From NCBI GenBank assembly GCA_963842685.1, contig CAWJHT010000043.1, positions 384 to 64,383 on the forward strand: a stretch of 64,000 nucleotides of DNA. Reading direction: 5' to 3'. The stretch is from an uncultured delta proteobacterium. Lineage in GTDB: Bacteria; Desulfobacterota; Syntrophia; Syntrophales; UBA5619. This document shows, piece after piece, positions 13,688 through 23,010 of this stretch. Under the pieces are notes generated by a model that was given only the letters and a program-made list of their open reading frames with translations, did not search any database and was not told the origin of the DNA. The first letter of the stretch is position 1. Each line of letters begins with the position of its first letter. A program made the position numbers and the translations under genes.

Positions 13688-14683
13688 TTATTTTTTCTGG
13701 CTCTTGATCATTTCGAAGATTCCGGTATCGGTCATGAACTTCTTCATGAAAGCCTGCTCGTCGTGCCAGACCTTCTTGAATTCGGCCGGACCCAGGTAGT
13801 CGACCATCAGGCCGAGATCGGAAATGGCCTTACTGGCTTCCTTGTCATTCATGATATTCTTGAAACCATCCGCCAGGATTTTCTTTGCGTCGGCCGGCGC
13901 TTTCGCCGGCAGACCCAATCCCTGCCAGAGGATGATCTTCACGTCGAAGCCCTTTTCCCTGAAAGTCGGCACGTCTTTGAAGAGCGGGTCTTCGATGCGC
14001 TTGTCGCCGGCGCCTGCCAGGACGCGCAGCTTACCGGCCTTGAACAGCTCCTTGACGTCCAGCGGCGTCTGCACCGTGCAGTCGACATGCCCGCCGAGCA
14101 CGGCCGCGACGGCCTTCGAGCCGCCGTCGAAGGTGACCGGCACCATCTTGAAACCGGCCTGCATGGCGAAGCGCTCGCCGGTGATGTGGGTGGCATTGCC
14201 GATGCCGGTATGGGCGAATTTCACCGAGCCGCTCTTCTTGGCAAAGGCGACGAATTCTTCCAGCGTCTTGTAGGGCGCCTCCGCGTTCACCGCCAAGATA
14301 TAGGGAATGGTTCCCGCCTGGCCGACCGCGTCAAGCACGTCGGGATAATTGACCTGTGTATTGCCGAACAGGGGCTGAGTGACCATGGCATTGTTGGTGA
14401 TTCCGATCGTGTAACCGTCGGCGGGAGAGTTGACCAGCTCCATCAGGCCGATGTTGGACGACCCGCCCGGCTTATTGACGATGACCATGGCCTGCCCGTT
14501 GAAGTACTTCGGCGAGACCTTGGCCACGACGCGGGCGATGAGATCGGAACTCCCGCCCGGCGCATAGGGCACAATCACGGTAATTGGTTTTGAAGGAAAT
14601 TTACCTTTCTGGACATCGCCGGCGAAAACAGATCCCGTACCAGCGACAGCCAAAATCAGACAGCAGACAAACAATCTTTTCAT
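13688..14683 (-). CDS. tctC: tripartite tricarboxylate transporter substrate-binding protein (TctC/Bug family)
   Basis: 331 aa with a signal peptide MKRLFVCCLILAVAGTGSVFA, PITVIVPYAPGGSSD and other Bug-family blocks. GGAGG RBS. Confidence 0.9.
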   Translation of the reverse strand: MKRLFVCCLILAVAGTGSVFAGDVQKGKFPSKPITVIVPYAPGGSSDLIARVVAKVSPKYFNGQAMVIVNKPGGSSNIGLMELVNSPADGYTIGITNNAMVTQPLFGNTQVNYPDVLDAVGQAGTIPYILAVNAEAPYKTLEEFVAFAKKSGSVKFAHTGIGNATHITGERFAMQAGFKMVPVTFDGGSKAVAAVLGGHVDCTVQTPLDVKELFKAGKLRVLAGAGDKRIEDPLFKDVPTFREKGFDVKIILWQGLGLPAKAPADAKKILADGFKNIMNDKEASKAISDLGLMVDYLGPAEFKKVWHDEQAFMKKFMTDTGIFEMIKSQKK

Positions 14684-14732
14684 GTTTCTAACCTCCTATA
14701 GAGTGGTTTCGTTCGCGAACCGGGCTTTGCCT

Positions 14733-16250
14733 TTAGCCCGTGATCCGCCGTTCCCTGAGCGCCTCTCTTAATTTTCCGATCGGGCGCTTCAATGCCATAT
14801 AGGCGATCATCAGCATCGTCAGAACCAGCAGCGTGCCGGCGATGGGCCTGTGAAGCATGGTCAAGAAACTGCCGTCGCATATGGTCAATCCCTGTACAAG
14901 CCCGCTTTCGATGGCCGGCCCGAGAAAAACCCCGATCGCCAAAGGCGCCAGCTCGAATCCGGCGATTTTCAGGAAATAGCCGAGTAACCCGAATCCGAGC
15001 AGCAGACCGAGATCGAAAACGCTGTAGTTGATGGCGTAGGCGCCGGTGAAGGTGATGATGGCGACGATGGGCATAAGGATGTGGAGCGGCACCTTGAGCA
15101 GCGAAGCGAAGACGCCGACCATGGGCAGATTCAGGACCAGCAGCATCAGGTTGGCCACATACATGCTTGCGATCAGGCCCCAGAACAGGTTCGGATTGGA
15201 AGTCATGAGCAGCGGCCCCGGCGAAATGCCGTGTATCATGAATCCGCCCAGTAATATGGCGGCCGAAGAGGAGAAAGGCAGTCCCAGCGACAGGAGCGGA
15301 ATCATCTGCGCTGAACAGGCGCTGTTGTTGGCCGATTCCGGCCCCGCCACGCCTTCTATCGCCCCGTTGCCCCATTCCTCCGGGTACTTGCTGATCCTTT
15401 TCTCGACCGAGTAGGAGACGAAGGTAGAAATCGTCGCGGTCGGACCGGGAACCAGCCCGATAAAAAAACCGAGAAAGCTGCCGCGCAGCATGGGTCCGAT
15501 GGATCGCAGCAGTTCGAGTTTGTTGGGGTACAAATCGCGGAAACGCACCTTGAAGACTACGGAATCCGCCGCCGGCCGGCTCATGGTCTGCAGAACCTCA
15601 CCCAGGCCGAAAATGCCCATGACCACGATAATAAAATCGATGCCGCGTTGAAGTTCGCTGACGTTGAAAGTCAGACGGTTGATTCCCATGATCGGGTCCA
15701 TCCCGATCGTGCCGATCATGACGCCGATGAACACCATCATACCCGAGCGCAGGCTGGATTTCCCGGACAGGTTGGAGAGCACGACCAGGCCAAGCACCAT
15801 CAAGGCAAAAAATTCCGGCGGCCCGAACTTGATCGCCGCGTCGGCCAGTATCGGAGCGAAAAAGGTGAGTCCAATCGTGCCGACGGTGCCTGCCACGAAC
15901 GATCCGATGGCAGCCACCGCGAGCGCGGCTCCGGCCCGCCCTTTCCTGGCCATGGCATAGCCTTCGATGCAGGTGACCACCGAGGCGCCTTCCCCCGGCA
16001 CGTTGACCAGAATGGATGTGGTTGAGCCTCCGTACATCGCGCCGAAATAAATCCCGCAGAACATGATCAGGGCCGACAAGGCGTCCATTCCGAAGCTGAT
16101 CGGCAGGAGCAAGGCAATGCAGCCGGAGATGCCCAGGCCGGGCAGCACTCCCGTCAGCGTCCCGATCACGGCTCCGAGCAGCGCCGCCAGCAGGTTCCAC
16201 GGGGTGATGCTGACCGCGAAACCCTGCATCAGTAGATCAAATGTCGGCAC
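14733..16250 (-). CDS. tctA: tripartite tricarboxylate transporter large permease TctA
   Basis: 505-aa polytopic membrane ORF (GVLPGLGISG.., GGSTTSILVNVPGEGASV..) lying between tctB and tctC. Confidence 0.9.
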   Translation of the reverse strand: MPTFDLLMQGFAVSITPWNLLAALLGAVIGTLTGVLPGLGISGCIALLLPISFGMDALSALIMFCGIYFGAMYGGSTTSILVNVPGEGASVVTCIEGYAMARKGRAGAALAVAAIGSFVAGTVGTIGLTFFAPILADAAIKFGPPEFFALMVLGLVVLSNLSGKSSLRSGMMVFIGVMIGTIGMDPIMGINRLTFNVSELQRGIDFIIVVMGIFGLGEVLQTMSRPAADSVVFKVRFRDLYPNKLELLRSIGPMLRGSFLGFFIGLVPGPTATISTFVSYSVEKRISKYPEEWGNGAIEGVAGPESANNSACSAQMIPLLSLGLPFSSSAAILLGGFMIHGISPGPLLMTSNPNLFWGLIASMYVANLMLLVLNLPMVGVFASLLKVPLHILMPIVAIITFTGAYAINYSVFDLGLLLGFGLLGYFLKIAGFELAPLAIGVFLGPAIESGLVQGLTICDGSFLTMLHRPIAGTLLVLTMLMIAYMALKRPIGKLREALRERRITG

Positions 16251-16267
16251 GGATCACCTCCCGACGG

Positions 16268-16693
16268 TCAAGGGAATTGAATTCCCAATAACAAGGAAAA
16301 AACCAGATAGAACGCGGTGGTGACCGACAGGGAAACAATCAAGGGCATCCGCCATTTGCTGGTCGAGAGTTTGATGAGAATAAAAAGGACGATGAAGGTG
16401 GCCGGAAAAAAACCGATATATTTCAGCGAACCCAGATAGCCGATCAGCGCGGCGACAAAGATCGCCAGTTTGAGGAACCCGGCGCGATCGAGCGCAGGAT
16501 GGTCCACGGTCCGTTTCGTCCGCGCGACCTTGTAGAGATTGATGGCCGACAGAACGAGCGCTCCGACGCCCGCAATGATCGGCATGAATCCGGACTTCGG
16601 ACCGGTCAGGCTGCCGAAGGACATATCCTTGACAAGGAACAAGTAGACCAGGCTGATGGCCAGAAAAAATCCTGATACCGCAAGTTCTATCAT
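16268..16693 (-). CDS. tctB: tripartite tricarboxylate transporter small permease TctB
   Basis: 141-aa protein with four TM segments, immediately upstream of tctA. Confidence 0.8.
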   Translation of the reverse strand: MIELAVSGFFLAISLVYLFLVKDMSFGSLTGPKSGFMPIIAGVGALVLSAINLYKVARTKRTVDHPALDRAGFLKLAIFVAALIGYLGSLKYIGFFPATFIVLFILIKLSTSKWRMPLIVSLSVTTAFYLVFSLLLGIQFP

Positions 16694-16792
16694 ATCAATG
16701 TCTCGCCGAATCGATGGTCCATCATGCAGGTATCCCGGTTAACCAATTGATAAGAAATTGCTTTTGCGTCAGCGGAGGATATGGAAAGGAGT

Positions 16793-16850
16793 CTTGTTTG
16801 TCAAGGAGAATTTACCGGATCCTGGGTGTCCACATCTGCTTGACAAACAG
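16793..16850. promoter_or_regulatory. inverted repeat CTTGTTTGTCAAG-N33-CTTGACAAACAG; the right arm contains a TTGACA -35-like hexamer
   Basis: 12 of 13 positions are complementary between 16793-16805 and 16839-16850, in the tctB/EamA divergent intergenic region. TTGACA-17 nt-TATTGT follows on the plus strand. Confidence 0.35.
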
Positions 16851-16991
16851 GGTCTGCCTTCGTATTGTCCCTCCGTGAAAAATAAAATCTTATCAATATC
16901 CGCTTTCAAGAGATCATACCGCAAAAGGTCAGGGATGCATTTGGCACATGGACTCGTCGAATCTGAAAATCATATATTAACGGTACCCTGA

Positions 16992-17900
16992 TTGAATCAG
17001 AATCTCAAATCACACCTTGCAATCATCGGGGCCAATACGATTTGGGGCCTCAATTATGTCATTGCAAAAGGGATCATGCCTGATTTCCTTTTACCCCGAG
17101 CCGTCGTCTTCCTCCGAGTAAGTGGTACGGTCATTCTTTTCTGGATACTGCATTTTTTTCTTCCATCGGAAAAAGTCGAAAAAAAAGATCTATTAAAGAT
17201 GGCCCTTTGTTCCGTCTTTGGTGTGGTGGTCAATCAGATTTTATTTTTTGAAGGACTGAACCGGACCACACCGATCAGCGCATCTATCATCGCAACGGGT
17301 ATCCCTATTTTCATCCTGATCTTTTCTCATTTTATCTTAAAGGAAAAGATCACCGGTGTAAAAGTTTTCGGAATTATGCTTGGCGCTGCCGGTGCGCTGA
17401 TGATCATCCTTTCAGCAGGAACTGGTGATTTCCGGCTGAATACGCTCCTTGGCAATTTCATGATCTTCACAAGTAACGCTTCCTGGGCTCTCTATCTGGT
17501 GTTGGTAAAGCCGTTGATGGAAAAATATGACTCCCTGACCATCATGAAATGGACCTTCCTGTTTGGTTTTATCATCATTTTCCCCTTTTCTTTCAGGATT
17601 GTTGCTTCATCATCCTTCGCTCAAATACCGTTTGACATTTGGATGTCGGTTTTATTCGTCGTATTTATTACCACCGGCTTTGCCTATTGTCTGGTCAACT
17701 ATTCACTGAAAACGGTCAGTCCCAATGTAAATGGCATCTATATCTATCTCCAGCCACTCGTTGCTTCGCTTGTTGCCATTATTTTGGGGAAAGACAAACT
17801 GACGGTCATTGACCTCATTGCCGCGGTTCTGATCATGGCAGGTGTCTATTTAATCACTCGGCAGCCAAAATTAAAGAACCCGCAATCACCTGTAACCTGA
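16992..17900 (+). CDS. EamA/DMT-family transporter
   Basis: 302-aa protein with ten TM segments and two EamA-like halves. TTG start as called by the ORF track; no upstream ATG. Confidence 0.85.
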   Translation: MNQNLKSHLAIIGANTIWGLNYVIAKGIMPDFLLPRAVVFLRVSGTVILFWILHFFLPSEKVEKKDLLKMALCSVFGVVVNQILFFEGLNRTTPISASIIATGIPIFILIFSHFILKEKITGVKVFGIMLGAAGALMIILSAGTGDFRLNTLLGNFMIFTSNASWALYLVLVKPLMEKYDSLTIMKWTFLFGFIIIFPFSFRIVASSSFAQIPFDIWMSVLFVVFITTGFAYCLVNYSLKTVSPNVNGIYIYLQPLVASLVAIILGKDKLTVIDLIAAVLIMAGVYLITRQPKLKNPQSPVT

Positions 17901-18182
17901 TATTTCCGCAGCAACATCCGTTGTCGGGAAGCGAAGGGTCTGTCGCCCGCCTGGTCCATAAGCTTATGCGGGAGAATATCACCGGGAAGAACCTATGGTA
18001 AGAATAATCATCCGTAAAATCATTGACAAACCGTATGTAAAGTGATTCAGTGAGCCCACTTTTGGCTGGCTTGTTTCATCGCATAAACAGCAATCGGGTT
18101 CCTTCCAAACGCTTCAACAGGATCATGGGCAGGGGAAAGGCCGTTATGACGCTTGAACACCGTGGTGATACTGAGGAACCGA

Positions 18183-18400
18183 ATGGCAAATAAAGAAGCC
18201 ACAGCCCGCATCAAGATCAACAAGCTGCTCGAAGCGGCAGGCTGGCGCTTCTTTCCGGAAGGAAGCACGCCCGCCAACATCCGTCTTGAGCCCAGCGTGA
18301 CGATCAAGTCATCCGATCTGGAAGCGCTTGGCGAGAAGCTTCGAGAAGACGAGCAAGGGCTTCATCGACTTTCTGCTGCTGGACACGAAAGGCTCGGGCT
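18183..18400 (+). pseudogene. N-terminal fragment of a type I restriction enzyme R-subunit-like protein
   Basis: MANKEATARIKINKLLEAAGWRFFPEG..ANIRLEPSVTI..LGE then (frame change) KGFIDFLLLDTKG matches the HsdR N-terminal nuclease-domain pattern. No helicase part follows. Confidence 0.5.
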
Positions 18401-18619
18401 ACGTCCCTGGCATCGGAGAAGAACGTAGCCGAGCGGCGCAATAGCAAGCTAGAACGGCCGGACGTCATCCTCAACGGCACTGACCGGGACTGGACGTGCG
18501 ATCCTACGACAGCATCCGCGATCGACGATGGACGAGGCACTCGCAGGCGCGTCTGGAACTGATCATCGCTCGCGACGAGGCGGCCAGCCCACGTGTTGAG
18601 TATCGTCGATTACCATTAG
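18401..18619 (+). pseudogene. HigB/RelE-type toxin remnant (frame-disrupted, probably 5'-truncated)
   Basis: PGLDVRS..YDSIRDRRW and the C-terminal ..HVLSIVDYH-stop resemble the HigB pattern PG.RLE.L.G....SIRIN.QWR..F.W......V.IVDYH. It lies directly upstream of the higA-like remnant. Confidence 0.4.
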
Positions 18620-18629
18620 AGCGAGGTGA

Positions 18630-18966
18630 ATGCCGTTTCGCGATAGTACCTGAGCCTACCCCGGCGAAATCTTGCTGGAAGGAACTTTTGAAGGCCGATG
18701 CGGGATTACCCAGTACCGGACTTGCCAAGGAAGATCGGAGTGCCGCAACGGCGCATCGGAGAGATCATCGCAGGCAAGCGGGCCGTGACCGCCGATACGC
18801 GGTAACGTCTGCCTGCCATTTTGGCAGCAGCGATGCTTCTGAGTCGACTTGCAGCCGATCAGCGATATCGGCGCAAGCCGAAAGCGCCCGTTGCGGAGTG
18901 CTGTCGCGCATGTCATCGACACGAGCCGCGCCAGTTCGAGAGCGGAGCGGACTGACCGAAGTATAA
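18630..18966 (+). pseudogene. HigA-type HTH antitoxin remnant (several frame breaks)
   Basis: PGEILLE..GITQYR..IGVPQRRIGEIIAGKRAVTADT..FGSSDA..LQAD can be assembled from three frames (HigA/XRE HTH pattern HPGEIL.EEFL.P.G.TQ..LA..IGV....I.EI..GKR..TAD.ALRL..FFG.S..FW.NLQ..YD). Confidence 0.5.
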
Positions 18967-19306
18967 CCCGTCATTCCACTGGAGGTCTGCGGGCATTTGT
19001 CAAACCTTTATTCTCAGGGATGAATAGTTAAAGGTTCAACTATTCGGAAGATTACGAACAGTTAACAACGGAGGCGGTCGCGAGGTGGCGCGGAATGCTG
19101 ATTTTACAACATCGACGCCATCACTGCCGTGGATGCGAGGCCACGCAAACCCCACTCCAGGCCCGTCAGGACGCCTGCACCAAGTCCGCCCGTCAAATTT
19201 TCTATCCGTTTTTCTATCCGTTGCAGCCCCAGCGAAATGTCGCGCAGACGATCCGCCTGCCTGTCCATCTGTCGGCAGGTCTGATCGCGGCGTCGCCGGC
19301 CTGTCG

Positions 19307-19463
19307 CTTGCGGCGGGGGACTGGCCAGCGGTTTCATGGCCAGGCGGATGGCGCAGATGAAACCGGCTGACATCCTGAGGCTTGCGGCGGGGGGACTGGC
19401 CAGCTATTTCATGGCCAGACGGATGGCGAAGATGAAGCCGGCCGATATCCTGCGACAGTTGTG
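19307..19463 (+). repeat. tandem duplication (74 + ~78 nt) encoding the C-terminal tail of an FtsX/MacB-type permease
   Basis: cttgcggcgggggactggccagcggtttcatggccaggcggatggcgcagatgaaaccggctgacatcctgagg is followed immediately by a close copy ending ..gatatcctgcgacagttgTGA. Translation: LAAGGLAS.FMARRMA.MKPADILR, twice. Confidence 0.8.
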
Positions 19464-19615
19464 ATGATCCGCTTATAGAAGTGGATACTTATGATCCGGC
19501 ATAACCTTCGAACTGGATACAATATATCCATCCGGCAATTCTCATCCATGACTTTATTGTTGTAGAATTCATATAAGCATCATGATACAATGAGGATACA
19601 TCAGCTACACTTCAT

Positions 19616-19630
19616 TGGCATGTCTCTTGC
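19616..19630 (+). promoter_or_regulatory. sigma54 (-24/-12) promoter
   Basis: TGGCAT-GTCTC-TTGCT matches TGGCAC-N5-TTGCW. It lies ~43 nt upstream of ATG 19673. Confidence 0.6.
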
Positions 19631-19672
19631 TCTATAGCCCGTGCACAATTCATGTAAAGGGTGACGCGAACC

Positions 19673-20191
19673 ATGAAAAAAAGGATGACGGTTGTTGTAG
19701 TGATCGCTCTGGCGGTGATCGCCGCTGCCCCTGCGATGGCCTACCGAGACATGAGGGTGGGATACGGAAGCGGACCCGGCAACGTCGAGGATATCGCTGC
19801 GGAGAGGGGCCTCGACCTGACGGCCGAGCAGAAGGAAAAGATCAATACCCTGCGTGAGGCGCACCTGAAGGACGTCAGACCCCTTCAGGATCAGCTCTAT
19901 GTCAAGGGCAGGGAATTGAAGGACCTGTGGCTGGCCAAGACGCCGGATCGGGAGAGTATCCTGACGCTCCAGAGAGAGGTTCAGGCCCTTCGCAATCAGT
20001 TGATGGATAAGCTCACGACCTACCGTCTGGATGCGTTGCAGCTTCTGACGCCCGAGCAGCAGGCAAAGGTACGGCCTTACGGGCCCGAGCGCAGACCGCC
20101 GCGGATGGGTGGTCCCGGCATGAGGGGCGACCACGAAAACGGCCGGGGAATGAGGGGACCCATGCCCCCTCCGGCAGGTGTTGCACCGTAA
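19673..20191 (+). CDS. periplasmic Spy/CpxP/ZraP-family protein (LTXXQ motifs)
   Basis: Signal peptide MKKRMTVVVVIALAVIAAAPAMA. Two LTxxQ motifs (LTAEQKEKI, LTPEQQAKV). Gly/Pro/Arg-rich tail. Confidence 0.8.
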   Translation: MKKRMTVVVVIALAVIAAAPAMAYRDMRVGYGSGPGNVEDIAAERGLDLTAEQKEKINTLREAHLKDVRPLQDQLYVKGRELKDLWLAKTPDRESILTLQREVQALRNQLMDKLTTYRLDALQLLTPEQQAKVRPYGPERRPPRMGGPGMRGDHENGRGMRGPMPPPAGVAP

Positions 20192-20251
20192 GAGGGTCGG
20201 CAAGGTCCTTTGTAAAAAGGTGCGGGAGCGGCAAGAAAGGAGAAGAAAAAA

Positions 20252-20956
20252 GTGAAGTTGATTTCAGCGGATCATATCAGCAAGGATTACCAGGTGGGGG
20301 AGGTGGCGGTCCACGCCCTGAAGGATGTCAGTTTCGAGATTGAACCGGCCTCGTTCGTCTCCTTCGTCGGGCCTTCCGGGAGCGGTAAGACGACGCTCCT
20401 CAACCTGCTCGGCTGTCTCGACAAGCCGACCAAAGGGGCCTTGACGGTCGCCGATACCGACGTCTCCGCTATGAACCGCAAGGCGAGCGCCGCGTTCCGG
20501 GGGAAAAACATCGGTTTCATCTTTCAGGACTTCAACCTTATTCCGGTCCTCACCGTCTGCGAGAACATCGAATACCCCCTGCTCATGGTGCAGTCCCTGC
20601 CGACGGCGGAGCGAAAGACCCGGGTGGAGCGGTTTCTCGAAGAGGTCGAAATGACCGAGCAGAGAGACAAGTATCCCGACCAGATTTCCGGCGGGCAGAA
20701 GCAGCGGGTGGCCATCGCCCGGGCGCTGGCGACGAATCCCCGGCTTGTCCTGGCCGATGAGCCGACGGCAAACCTCGATTCCGCAACCGCCTACACGGTC
20801 ATCAACCTGATGAAAAAGCTGCGGGACGAGCTGGGAACGACGTTCATCTTCTCCACCCACGACCCCAAGATCGTCGGCGAGGCGGAGATTATCTATACCC
20901 TGACCGACGGCGCGTTGCAGGGAACGGACGTGAAAAAGGAGGGACGCCGTGGCTGA
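20252..20956 (+). CDS. ABC transporter ATP-binding protein, LolD/MacB type
   Basis: [59 protein letters not shown] start behind AAGGAG. Confidence 0.9.
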   Translation: MKLISADHISKDYQVGEVAVHALKDVSFEIEPASFVSFVGPSGSGKTTLLNLLGCLDKPTKGALTVADTDVSAMNRKASAAFRGKNIGFIFQDFNLIPVLTVCENIEYPLLMVQSLPTAERKTRVERFLEEVEMTEQRDKYPDQISGGQKQRVAIARALATNPRLVLADEPTANLDSATAYTVINLMKKLRDELGTTFIFSTHDPKIVGEAEIIYTLTDGALQGTDVKKEGRRG

Positions 20957-22188
20957 TCTATTCAAAATCGCAATCCGGAATCTTCTCCGCTACCGGAGAA
21001 GAACGCTGCTGACCGCCTCGCTCATCACGATCGGCGTCGTGTTCGTCCTGATCTTCATCTCCGTTTCCGGCTCCTTCAAGGCCATGATGATCGGTCAGAT
21101 CACCGATTCCATGATCGGCCATCTCCAGGTGCATCGCAAGGGATACGTGGCCTCCATCGAAAACCTTCCCCTCAACATGAACCTGCGCCCCAATGCGATG
21201 AAGAAGGTGGAGGCGGCCCTCGGATCGCTGAGCGAAGTGGAAAGCGCTTCGCCGAGGATCAAGTTCGGCGGCATGTTCAGCAACTTCGCCGAAACGACCA
21301 ACATCCGCCTCAACGGCGTCTACCCGGAGCGGGAATTCAAGACGGTTCCGCTCCTGCCGTCCAGGATCTCGGAGGGGAAAGCGGCGATCGAAAAGGGGGA
21401 GATCCTCATCCCCGTCCTCCTGGCCCGGGGCATGGGGGTCAAGGTCGGCGACGCGATCGTCATCGTGGCCACCAACAAGGACGGCTCGGTCAACGGCAAG
21501 CAGTTCAAGGTGGCCGGCCTGATGGAAAGCGCCACGGGTCCCGGGGGCCGCGACGGCTACGTGCATATCGAGGACGCCGCGGAGCTCCTGCGCATGACGG
21601 AGATGGAGATCAGCGAGATCGCCGTTCGACTGAAGAATTTCGGCAAACTGAATTCCGGTGACCGATCGGCTGGATGCGCTTCTGGCCGGCGAGGTCAACA
21701 AACAGGGGAAGCCGGTGTTCGAGGTCCACAACTGGGAAAAGCTCTCGCCGTTCTACAACATCGCCCGGATGATCGATCTGATGACCTTCTTCATCAAGCT
21801 GATGCTCATCGCCATCGTCCTGATCAGCATCATGAACGTCATGATCATGGCCGTCTACGAGCGGATCCGCGAGATCGGGACCATCGCGGCCATCGGGACG
21901 CCGCCCCGCAAGATCCTCTCGATGTTTCTCATCGAAGGGCTTTGCCTGGGCGTCCTGGGGGCGATCAGCGGCGGCGTCCTGGGCGTCCTGATCCTCTGGG
22001 GGATCAACATGGCGAAATTCGCCTTCGACTTCGGCCAGCAAAAAGGGATCATCCTTTCGGCCTCGCTCCAACCGGCGGACCTGTGGACCGTCTCGGCGAT
22101 CGTGATCCTGGTCTCCGTCATCGCCAGCCTCCAGCCGGCCCTCAGGGCATCGCGCATGGAGCCGATCGACGCCTTGAGGCACGTGTAG
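20949..22188 (+). CDS. FtsX-family (LolC/E-, MacB-like) ABC permease; one frame break near 21655
   Basis: N-terminal TM1 plus a ~230-aa periplasmic domain (20949 ORF), and a C-terminal FtsX domain with three TMs ending ASLQPALRASRMEPIDALRHV (21658 ORF). Overlaps the ATPase stop by 8 nt. Confidence 0.8.
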
Positions 22189-22268
22189 TCGGGATCAGGC
22201 TTGAACCCGGCCTGTCTCCATGAAAGCCGGCGGCAGGCCGGATTTAAAAATATGATGAGAATGAGGAT

Positions 22269-23006
22269 ATGATCATGATCAAAACCATCGTTGCTTCGCT
22301 GCTGGCCTTGCTGTTGGCCGTTCCCGCCTTTGCGCTCGACGGCACCCGGATCCTCGAACAGGTGGACCGGGGGCTGAACCCGGAATCCTACGAGATGTAC
22401 CGCAAACTGATCAACGTGGAGCCCAGCGGCGCGAAAAAGGAATTCACCCTGTTTTCCGTCAAGAAGGACAAGGACAAGATTGCCGCCCTCTTCCTGGCCC
22501 CCGCCAGTGAAAAGGGGAGAAGCACCCTGCGGCTGGGGGACAATATGTGGCTCTACATCCCCAACGTCGGGAAACCCATCCGGATCACGAGCCTCCAGTC
22601 CGTTGTGGGCGGCGTCTTCAACAACGCCGATATCCTGAGCCTCGACTATTCCACCGAATACAACGTGGAAAAGCTGGAGGAAGCCGGGGGAGAGATTGTC
22701 CTTTACCTCAAGGCGAAGACGCGGGAGGTGGCCTATGACCGCCTCAAGATGTGGGTGGACAAAAAACAGACCCAGCCCGTGAAGATCGAGTGCCTTACCG
22801 AGGCCGGCATGCTCATCAAGACCCTGTACTTCAAGGATCGCAAGGATTTCGGCGGCGGGATCGCGCGGCCCTCGGTGATCGAGACGGACAGCCCTCTCTT
22901 CAAGGGCTACAAGTCCGTCATGATCTATGCCAAGATCAAGAAGCGGGATTTCAAGGATGAGGTCTTCACCCTGACCTTCATGCCCAACATCGACTCATTG
23001 CGTTAG
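22269..23006 (+). CDS. LolA-like outer-membrane lipoprotein-sorting family protein (soluble periplasmic)
   Basis: 245 aa. Signal peptide ..LLLAVPAFA with no lipobox Cys. Blocks typical of the LolA_like family: GRSTLRLGDNMWLYIPNVGKPIRITS.. and GGVFNNADI. Confidence 0.7.
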   Translation: MIMIKTIVASLLALLLAVPAFALDGTRILEQVDRGLNPESYEMYRKLINVEPSGAKKEFTLFSVKKDKDKIAALFLAPASEKGRSTLRLGDNMWLYIPNVGKPIRITSLQSVVGGVFNNADILSLDYSTEYNVEKLEEAGGEIVLYLKAKTREVAYDRLKMWVDKKQTQPVKIECLTEAGMLIKTLYFKDRKDFGGGIARPSVIETDSPLFKGYKSVMIYAKIKKRDFKDEVFTLTFMPNIDSLR

Positions 23007-23010
23007 GCCG

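Noticed and set aside
13400-14593. 397-aa plus-strand ORF.
   Set aside because: It is antisense to the intact, motif-rich tctC gene and has no recognisable domains.
16758-16991. 77-aa ORF in the tctB/EamA intergenic region.
   Set aside because: It has no RBS, a composition typical of promoter DNA, and it overlaps the inverted repeat and the TTGACA element.
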